Positions 8,122-15,822 of a stretch of 64,000 nt of DNA are shown one piece after another. The notes under the pieces were generated by a model, which saw only the letters and a list, made by a program, of their open reading frames with translations, searched no databases and had not been told where the DNA came from. Location of the stretch: the NCBI GenBank assembly GCA_964449585.1, contig CAYUZE010000004.1, forward strand, positions 51,063-115,062, read 5' to 3'. The position numbers and the translations under genes are program-made. Each line of letters starts with the position of its first letter. Positions within the stretch are counted from its first letter, which is position 1. This stretch comes from an uncultured Gammaproteobacteria bacterium. Its GTDB lineage: Bacteria; Patescibacteriota; Microgenomatia; UBA10105; UBA927.

Positions 8122-9125
8122 TCGTTGTTTATCCGTCCCGTCACATTCGGCATGTGCCGCCGTCAGAAATATTTAACGGCAACCGGGAACCGCATGCGGA
8201 GGTACCCGATCGTATCGAGCATATCCGTGCATCGGTATGTTCGATTGCGGGTACCCGATGCATCGAGCCGAAACCGTTGGTGCTTTCCCGCATTGAGGCG
8301 GTGCATGATCGAGCCTATGTCCGTTATCTTGCGGAGGCGGCAAAAGCGGCGGGAAGCGCGTATGTGTATCCATCCGTCTTTCCGTTCGCCGGAAGGGAAA
8401 CGACAAAAAATCCCGTTGCCCGCAGGGGACAATACACATTTGATCTCTATACGCCCGTAAGCAACACGACCTATCGTGCGGCGTGCGACTCGGCGATGGC
8501 CGCGGTTACCGCGGCATCACTGGTGTCGGGAGGGGAAAACGTAAGTTACGCATTATGTCGTCCTCCCGGTCATCACGCCGAATATGCGCGAATGGGCGGC
8601 TACTGTTACTTCAACAACGCCGCAATCGCCGCCGAGTATTTGCGGAGCCGGGGAAATGTTGCGGTACTGGATATAGACGTACATCACGGAAACGGCACCC
8701 AGCATATTTTTTACGGAAGACGTGACGTTTTGACCGTGAGCATCCATGCCGATCCCGATGATAAGTTCCCGTACTTTAGCGGCAGCGCAAATGAGCGGGG
8801 GAGCGGAAGAGGGAAAGGGTACAACATCAACTATCCGCTTCCCATAGGTACCCGGGATCGTGCGTATCACCCTGTGTTACTTCGGGCAATTTCGGTGATC
8901 CGTCGTTTTGCACCGCGATATCTTGTGGTGTCGGTAGGCTACGACGCGCATGAACTTGATCCCATCGGCGGGTTGCGACTGACGACGGGGTATTATCGCC
9001 GTATGGCGGCAACCATTGCCGCGTTGGGCATCCCTACCGTGTTAGTGCAGGAAGGGGGATACAACACCGCAAAACTCGGCGAGGCAGCAAAAACATTCGT
9101 GTCGGGATTTTTGGGTACCGATTGA
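8118..9125 (+). CDS. Histone deacetylase family / acetylpolyamine amidohydrolase-like protein
   Basis: RPPGHHA, GGYCYFNNAAIAA, LDIDVHHGNGTQ, GYDAHELDP, QEGGY; ATGA overlap with upstream gene. Confidence 0.93.
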   Translation: MIVVYPSRHIRHVPPSEIFNGNREPHAEVPDRIEHIRASVCSIAGTRCIEPKPLVLSRIEAVHDRAYVRYLAEAAKAAGSAYVYPSVFPFAGRETTKNPVARRGQYTFDLYTPVSNTTYRAACDSAMAAVTAASLVSGGENVSYALCRPPGHHAEYARMGGYCYFNNAAIAAEYLRSRGNVAVLDIDVHHGNGTQHIFYGRRDVLTVSIHADPDDKFPYFSGSANERGSGRGKGYNINYPLPIGTRDRAYHPVLLRAISVIRRFAPRYLVVSVGYDAHELDPIGGLRLTTGYYRRMAATIAALGIPTVLVQEGGYNTAKLGEAAKTFVSGFLGTD

Positions 9126-9162
9126 ATAGATCAAAGTAATATACGATAATCGGAGTACGCAT

Positions 9163-11226
9163 ATGGCAACAATTGATACACTGAAAAAAATACGACTGGA
9201 TAAGTTAGACGTCCTAAAGAACCAAGGGATAAATCCTTATCCTGCAACGGCTCGACGGGATCAACGGATCTCGGATGCGCGTCAGTCACCGAAAAAAGAA
9301 GTTGCGGTGGCGGGAAGAATTCGCGGACTCAGAGGGCACGGCAAAATCATGTTTGCCGATTTTGCCGATGAGAGCGCGAAAATACAGCTTGTTTTTAAAA
9401 GTGATTTGGTACATGAGCACGCCTTTAAGCTGTTGCCGAACCTTGATATCGGTGACTTTCTTTCGGTTCAAGGAACCGTTGACACCACGCAGGCGGGAGA
9501 AATTTCAATTTTTGTTGCCGATTTTCAAATTATTTCCAAATCTTTGCGTCCGCTCCCCGATGAGTGGTATGGCCTAAAAGATGTTGAAGAACGATATCGA
9601 CGGCGGCATTTGGATTTGCTGCTTAACCCCGATGTAAAAGCAACGCTTGATAAACGATGGAAGATCGAACAGGCGATACGCACGTTTCTTTGGGGAGAAG
9701 GCTATACGGAAGTTGAAACGCCGATTCTTCAGCCGTTATACGGGGGAACGAATGCTAAGCCCTTTACTACGCACCTTAACGCGCTTGACGTAAATTTTTA
9801 CTTACGGATCGCGCCTGAGCTTTACCTCAAACGGCTTATTGTCGGCGGCTACGAGCGCATATTCGAAATCGCGAGAAATTTCCGCAATGAAGGAATGGAC
9901 GCCACGCATCAACCCGAATTTACGATGATGGAATTTTACGAGGCGTATGCGGATTACCATCGGATCATGGATCTTACCGAAGACCTCATCAAGCATGCCG
10001 CACAAGCGGCGAATCAAAGTTACATGATCACGATCGACGGAAAATCCATAGATATTTCCGGCAAATGGCGCCGCATTACCGTGGATGAAGCGCTCAAAGA
10101 ATACGCGGGCATCGATTGGCAAAAAATTTCGGAAGAGGAAATCAAAGCCCGACTCGAAAAAGCCGGCGTGCAGGTCACGGGCGAGTGGAGTAGGGACAAG
10201 GCACTGTTTGCGCTCTATGACCATTTTGTGACGCCGAAACTTATCGAACCCACTTGGGTAATTGATTATCCGCGTGCCGTAAGCCCGCTTTCCAAAGAGC
10301 ACCGTACCAAAGAAGGACGCGTCGAACGGTTTGAAGGATATGTCGGAGGAAAAGAGATTTGCGACGGGTGGAGCGAGATTAACAGCGGGTTAGAGCAACG
10401 ATCAAGGTTTGAACAAGAACAACGCAACATGAAGGCGGGGGATGCGGAGGCACAACCGCTCGATGAAGATTTTATTCAATCACTCGAATACGGTATGCCT
10501 CCGCTTGGAGGGATCGGTATCGGTATCGATCGGTTGGTGATGCTTATTACCAACACCTGGATGATTCGCGAAGTGATTCCGTTCCCGCTTATGCGTCCCG
10601 AATCGATTTCCGGCACGGTCGCCGCGGTTTCCCTGAAAAAAGGTGAGGATAAGGATACAAGTGTATCGAAAAAAGTCGCGATGGATCTGTTGCATGAGCA
10701 TACGAAGAATGAAAATTTGCGGCGCCATATGTATGCCGTGGGATACGCCATGCGCGCACTCGCGGAAAAACTCGGTGGGGACTCAGACACCTGGGAAGTC
10801 ATGGGGTTACTCCATGATGCCGACTGGGAAAAGACAAAAGATGCCCCGCACGAACACACCAAACTTACCCTTTCGTGGCTTGCCGAAAAAGGAATACGCG
10901 AGGGCAGATTGGTGCACGCCCTCATGTCCCACAACAGAAAACATACGGATCTCGCCGAACTTGAGGGACTCATGGAATGGGCGCTGGAAACCGTGGATGA
11001 ACTTACCGGATTTATCGTGGCCGTTACTCTTATGCGCCCCGAAAAGAAACTTGAAAGCGTTGATGTTGGGGCAGTCATGAAAAAATGGAAAATGAAAGCA
11101 TTTGCCGCGGCGGTGGATAGGGATCAAATCGCCCAGTGTGAAGAAAAACTGGGGATTCCGCTTGAAGAATTCATCACGATCACCCTTACCGCCATGCAGC
11201 AGCATCACGAAGAACTGGGACTATAA
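9163..11226 (+). CDS. lysS: Class II lysyl-tRNA synthetase fused to a C-terminal HD-domain protein
   Basis: YLRIAPELYLKRL, FRNEG, YGMPPLGGIGIGIDRL; C-terminal NLRRHMYAV...GLLHDADWE...DELTGFIVAV. Confidence 0.95.
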   Translation: MATIDTLKKIRLDKLDVLKNQGINPYPATARRDQRISDARQSPKKEVAVAGRIRGLRGHGKIMFADFADESAKIQLVFKSDLVHEHAFKLLPNLDIGDFLSVQGTVDTTQAGEISIFVADFQIISKSLRPLPDEWYGLKDVEERYRRRHLDLLLNPDVKATLDKRWKIEQAIRTFLWGEGYTEVETPILQPLYGGTNAKPFTTHLNALDVNFYLRIAPELYLKRLIVGGYERIFEIARNFRNEGMDATHQPEFTMMEFYEAYADYHRIMDLTEDLIKHAAQAANQSYMITIDGKSIDISGKWRRITVDEALKEYAGIDWQKISEEEIKARLEKAGVQVTGEWSRDKALFALYDHFVTPKLIEPTWVIDYPRAVSPLSKEHRTKEGRVERFEGYVGGKEICDGWSEINSGLEQRSRFEQEQRNMKAGDAEAQPLDEDFIQSLEYGMPPLGGIGIGIDRLVMLITNTWMIREVIPFPLMRPESISGTVAAVSLKKGEDKDTSVSKKVAMDLLHEHTKNENLRRHMYAVGYAMRALAEKLGGDSDTWEVMGLLHDADWEKTKDAPHEHTKLTLSWLAEKGIREGRLVHALMSHNRKHTDLAELEGLMEWALETVDELTGFIVAVTLMRPEKKLESVDVGAVMKKWKMKAFAAAVDRDQIAQCEEKLGIPLEEFITITLTAMQQHHEELGL

Positions 11227-11255
11227 TTTTTTCGTCCCACCGTAGCTGGTGATAT

Positions 11256-12488
11256 ATGAAAACGCAAAGGAAAAAAAGCGGGCGCCGTTCACCCCGTCGC
11301 GCATTTACCCTCTGGAAGCCATTACTCTGGGGAAGTCTGATAATCACCGCACTTGCTGGGCTTGCCTGGTTTGTACTGCTTCCTTCGACGCAATATAAAC
11401 TCCGGCGCGCGCTTATCCAGCGCAAATATCCCGATGCGAACCAGTATCGTCGCCCCGTATTCCCACTTCAATTCGCAGAATCCTCACCGGTACAGCGAAC
11501 TTATTATCTGTATCGTCTTTCGACATCGCAGGGAACGCTTGCCGAAATATATCGGAAAGAAGATGCGCCGTGGCGGACGAGTGCCATCGTGAGTGACGGC
11601 GTCATATACGTCGCGGACGGAAAAACGCTTTATGCGTTGCGCGGTGCATCAGGGGATAAAGAAAAGATGTATGAAATCTCCGGCGATAACACGGCGCTTT
11701 ATCTGGTAAATAGCGCAGACGACGGCGTATACACGGTCAGATTCAACGATGAAACGGATTATTCCCAAGATATGCAGGTATCAAAATTTAATCCGATGCA
11801 AAAAACGGTAAATTCTTTTGCGACACTGCACCCCGATATTTACGAATCGCCCTCCATGGTAATTCCGGGAGAGTATCCGACGCTTATTACCGGCGGCGGT
11901 GACGGGTGCGGCGGCGGTCATCGGGTATTGCAGTACCGGGATGGGGATCAGAAACAGATTGCCCGGTTCGGCGAGGGCTGTGTGGAAGGTCCCCGCTATA
12001 TCGGCGTGATGAACGACACGACAAAATTGCTCGCCGCCTCTCCTTTATCGCCGATTGACGGCGAAAACGGTCCGTTTTACTGCAATTATGACGTCCTTTA
12101 TTCACACGATATCAAGAGCGGCGGAGTGACGCCTATTATCGATATGAAGCCGATCCCCGGATGTATTCGCGATATGACCTATGATCGCATCACCAATCAT
12201 GCCGCAATCATCACCGACGCGACGATATATATCGTCGATATTGCAAAGGCTGCGGTGGTGAAAACACTGGCAAACGCAGATGCTCATCCGTATAATTTCA
12301 GCCAATACGGCGGCTTACTTGTCTCGTATACCGATGAACCGAATGACAAACATATCACCGTTACCGACATCATGAAGGAAGCATCTGTCGACGTTTCATG
12401 GGATTATCGATACGGGAGGTTTCCGTCTTTTGTGGGGAGAATCGGCGACGATGTGCTGATTAGTACCTACGAAACGAAGACTAAATAA
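11256..12488 (+). CDS. Membrane-anchored hypothetical protein, probably beta-propeller-like
   Basis: Basic N-terminus, one TM, beta-rich body (GVIYVADGKTLYAL). Confidence 0.7.
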   Translation: MKTQRKKSGRRSPRRAFTLWKPLLWGSLIITALAGLAWFVLLPSTQYKLRRALIQRKYPDANQYRRPVFPLQFAESSPVQRTYYLYRLSTSQGTLAEIYRKEDAPWRTSAIVSDGVIYVADGKTLYALRGASGDKEKMYEISGDNTALYLVNSADDGVYTVRFNDETDYSQDMQVSKFNPMQKTVNSFATLHPDIYESPSMVIPGEYPTLITGGGDGCGGGHRVLQYRDGDQKQIARFGEGCVEGPRYIGVMNDTTKLLAASPLSPIDGENGPFYCNYDVLYSHDIKSGGVTPIIDMKPIPGCIRDMTYDRITNHAAIITDATIYIVDIAKAAVVKTLANADAHPYNFSQYGGLLVSYTDEPNDKHITVTDIMKEASVDVSWDYRYGRFPSFVGRIGDDVLISTYETKTK

Positions 12489-13120
12489 TGCAAAAACTGC
12501 TTATTGCCACTACCAACCCAGGAAAACTTGCGGAACTCCGATTGTTTCTCCGCGACGTTCCCGTAACGCTCATAGGTCTTCAGGATATCGGGATCACGAC
12601 AGGTATTGCGGAAACGGGCAAAACCTTTGAGGAAAATGCGGTGTTAAAGGCGAAGTATTATCACGATGTATCGGGACTTATGACGCTTGCCGATGACGGC
12701 GGCTTTGAAATTGATGCATTGGGAGGAGAGCCGGGAGTGCACTCTCACCGTTGGAAGAACAAAGATCGTGAAGACACCGATGAAGAACTTATCGCCTATA
12801 CGTTGGAGCGGTTGCGCGACGTACCGGAAGGAAAACGCGGTGCACAACTTCGCTTGGTGTTGGCGCTCGTGACGGAGACGGGAACTCTTCAGACTGCAAC
12901 AGCGAGTGTGAGAGGAATTGTCCCGGTGTCACCGGCAAATAAACTGACGCCCGGGTTTCCGTATCGGTCACTCCTTTTTCTCCCCGAAATCGGCAAGTAT
13001 TATAACCATGATGAGTTAACCCCTAAAGAAACGGAAACATATAACCACCGGAAAAAGGCACTCGATATGCTCATCCCCTTTATCATGCAGGAATTGACGA
13101 ACGGAACCAATCCCGTATAA
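12488..13120 (+). CDS. rdgB: Non-canonical purine NTP pyrophosphatase (RdgB/Ham1)
   Basis: IATTNPGKLAE, ETGKTFEENAVLKA, ADDGGFEIDALGGEPGVHS, NHRKKAL. Confidence 0.92.
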   Translation: MQKLLIATTNPGKLAELRLFLRDVPVTLIGLQDIGITTGIAETGKTFEENAVLKAKYYHDVSGLMTLADDGGFEIDALGGEPGVHSHRWKNKDREDTDEELIAYTLERLRDVPEGKRGAQLRLVLALVTETGTLQTATASVRGIVPVSPANKLTPGFPYRSLLFLPEIGKYYNHDELTPKETETYNHRKKALDMLIPFIMQELTNGTNPV

Positions 13121-13121
13121 T
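13094..13121 (+). promoter_or_regulatory. sigma70-type promoter for the serS leader
   Basis: TTGACG-16 nt-TATAAT. Confidence 0.7.
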
Positions 13122-13127
13122 AGAGGA

Positions 13128-13283
13128 TGAAAGGCGTTTGAGACAGCCTCCAACTGTCAAGCCTCTCGGTGTCGCAACCGGGACGGATGAGCCCGTAACG
13201 CTCTAAATCAAGAACTTGTTAGGGTGGCACCTTCCCGCCTCAGCGGGACCATAACACGCAGATTTTTGCGTGTTTTTTTATGG
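13128..13283 (+). ncRNA. T-box riboswitch (Ser, UCC specifier) with short Stem I
   Basis: AGGGTGGCACC T-box; antiterminator TCCCGC/GCGGGA; terminator AACACGCA/TGCGTGTT + T5; Stem IIA/B pseudoknot ACGG-ATGAGC-CCGT...GCTC; TCC in apical loop at 13149-13151. Confidence 0.85.
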
Positions 13284-13298
13284 TATAAAGGAGGATAT

Positions 13299-14543
13299 AT
13301 GTTAGATATAAAATTTATTCGGGAAAACCTCGAACTCTGTAAGACAGCGGCGGTCAATAAAAATCGTGTCGTCGATTGGGACGCGTTACTTGCCCTTGAT
13401 GAACAGCGCCGTGCGCTTATCGGTAAAGCGGAAGTACTGCGTGCGGAGCGAAACGACGTCAGCCGCACCCGTTCAGAGGAAAGTATCGCCCGCGGGAAAG
13501 CATTAAAGGAAGAACTCAAAGCACTGGAGGAAACGTTACGGATGACGGAAGAGAAATTCTCGCAGGCAATGTTTACGGTTCCCAATGTGCCCGATCCGAC
13601 GGTCCCGGTAGGGAAAGACGAATCGGAAAATGTGGAGATAAAAAAGTGGGGAGAACCGACAAAATTTTCCTTCACTCCCAAAGATCATATCGAACTTACT
13701 AAGTCGCTTGATCTTATCGACTTTGAACGCGGGGCAAAAGTCGGCGGATCGCGCGCGTACTTCCTCAAAAACGAAGCGGCACAAATGGAGCTTGCGCTCA
13801 TGTATTACTGCCAGATGAAGCTGGTTGCCAAAGGGTACACCCCGCTTATCGCTCCCAGTATGGTCAAAGAGTACACCTTTTTCGGGAACGGACAGTTTCC
13901 GTGGGGGCGTGATGAGGTCTATGCGCTTCCGAAAGATGAATTATACCTTGCCGGAACTGCGGAAGTTCCCGTCACCGCGTATTATAGTGACGAGGTGTTA
14001 AGCGAAAAAGACTTGCCGAAGAAATTCGTCGCCTTTTCGCCCTGTTTCCGACGCGAGGCGGGCAGTTACGGCAAAGATACGAGAGGGGTCTATCGATTGC
14101 ACCAATTCAATAAAATCGAACAAGTAATTATTGCACCCAATGAAACGAACAATTCTCTTACTCTTCATGAGGAATTGCTCGCGAACGCAGAGGAAATTCT
14201 GCAAGACCTGAAGTTGCCGTACCGGGTGCTTTTGATGTGCACCGGCGATATGGGGGAACCGCAGGTAAAAAAATATGATGTGGAAACCTGGATGCCGGGA
14301 AGAAATGCCTACGGGGAAACCATGTCCAACTCGTTTATGGGCGACTTTCAGGCAAGGCGACTCAAAATCCGCTATAAGGCAAAGGACGGCTCGATGAAGT
14401 TCTGTCATACGTTAAACAACACGGCAATCGCCAGTCCGCGTATACTGGTCGCGATTTTTGAGAATTACCAACAGGAAGACGGGTCGATCCTTATTCCCGA
14501 AGTGCTTCAGCCGCTCATGGGCAAAAAGAGTATCAGCCGGTAA
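13299..14543 (+). CDS. serS: Seryl-tRNA synthetase
   Basis: MLDIKFIREN start after AAGGAGG; GTAEVP, CFRREAGSYGKDTRG, HQFNKIEQ, HTLNNT. Confidence 0.97.
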   Translation: MLDIKFIRENLELCKTAAVNKNRVVDWDALLALDEQRRALIGKAEVLRAERNDVSRTRSEESIARGKALKEELKALEETLRMTEEKFSQAMFTVPNVPDPTVPVGKDESENVEIKKWGEPTKFSFTPKDHIELTKSLDLIDFERGAKVGGSRAYFLKNEAAQMELALMYYCQMKLVAKGYTPLIAPSMVKEYTFFGNGQFPWGRDEVYALPKDELYLAGTAEVPVTAYYSDEVLSEKDLPKKFVAFSPCFRREAGSYGKDTRGVYRLHQFNKIEQVIIAPNETNNSLTLHEELLANAEEILQDLKLPYRVLLMCTGDMGEPQVKKYDVETWMPGRNAYGETMSNSFMGDFQARRLKIRYKAKDGSMKFCHTLNNTAIASPRILVAIFENYQQEDGSILIPEVLQPLMGKKSISR

Positions 14544-15726
14544 CGGTTTTCGTGTGATAACGACGGCGTATCCTGATGCCTAAGGGGAGGACGGTAAGAA
14601 CCGATGCGATACCGAGTACGGTGAACATGGCTTTTACCCCGCCGAAATATTCCATAACGGGTGTTGAGATAAGGGCAAATCCCACGACGGTGAGCGATAT
14701 CAGCATGGAAAGCGTGGAAATCGCGGTTGCTCTGTTTTTCGATTCATAATGTTCGTTGACGTATCCTCCCAGGATCACCCACCGTGCACTGGAGGCAAAT
14801 ATACTGATTGCCACCGCAACGACGGCAAGTTCTTTCGTGAGAAAAATTCCCGGCAAGTAACAAAGCATCATGGCAATGGGGAAGAAAAGGTATGCCCGTC
14901 GTTTGGTAACGATAGTTTTCAGATGCAGGGCGCCGAATAGCACACTACTGTTAAACAGCCGGATCGATGCCACGATGATGCCGATATAAAACGCCGAGTA
15001 CCCGATGGTGGTAAGAAGCGAGGTGTTATAAATCATCATCGCCGACCAGGTGATACCTCCAACTCCCACATAAAATAACGATATATCGCGGATATAGGGA
15101 GTTTTAAATATCTCATGGAATCCCCGGCGGAATTGTCGGATGTAGCGAACCAGGGTAAATTTCTCCGTATCGACCGACGGCTCTTTAAACCAGAAACTTA
15201 ACACGAGTGCTCCTGCATAGGCGGCGGCAGAAGCGTAGATTGCCGTCTCATAACCCCATAAACTCAACACACCGCCCGAAAGTATTGCTGCGGCAAACGA
15301 CAGTTGAAACAGTAACGACGCCTTAGAAGCGACCTTCGGGTAGTGCTCGTCACGACCGTCCTGTTTTAACGAGTCATAGATCAACGCTTCCTTGGCACCC
15401 GATATGAACGAATCTCCGATGCCGGCAATAATCGCATAGATGACAAAATCGCTAAACGAGTGGGATGACGCATACAGCAGTATGCTCACCAAAACAATAA
15501 TCCTTCCGATGATCACCGATGCCCGTTTCCCCAAAAGGTCGGCAACGGCGCCCGTGGGAAGTTCTGCGATAAGCTGTGTTCCCTGTACGATTGCTTCAAT
15601 AATCGCGATCTGGGCAAGGGTGATGTATTGCAGTTCAAACGCCACCCAGACGGGCATATGAAAAATAAGCCCGTTAAAGCACTCCGAAATATAATAAATT
15701 TTTTCGTTTCTTGTTGATAATTTCAT
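14533..15726 (-). CDS. MFS transporter
   Basis: ELPTGAVADLLGKR motif A; about 12 TM segments; RATAIS. Confidence 0.9.
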   Translation of the reverse strand: MKLSTRNEKIYYISECFNGLIFHMPVWVAFELQYITLAQIAIIEAIVQGTQLIAELPTGAVADLLGKRASVIIGRIIVLVSILLYASSHSFSDFVIYAIIAGIGDSFISGAKEALIYDSLKQDGRDEHYPKVASKASLLFQLSFAAAILSGGVLSLWGYETAIYASAAAYAGALVLSFWFKEPSVDTEKFTLVRYIRQFRRGFHEIFKTPYIRDISLFYVGVGGITWSAMMIYNTSLLTTIGYSAFYIGIIVASIRLFNSSVLFGALHLKTIVTKRRAYLFFPIAMMLCYLPGIFLTKELAVVAVAISIFASSARWVILGGYVNEHYESKNRATAISTLSMLISLTVVGFALISTPVMEYFGGVKAMFTVLGIASVLTVLPLGIRIRRRYHTKTVTG

Positions 15727-15822
15727 GGACAATTTTCCCATTATACCGCCGATGACGGATTTCGTGTTGTGCGCTGACGTACGGATAAAAAATATCCGCG
15801 TATGTGGTAAAATACTTCAATC

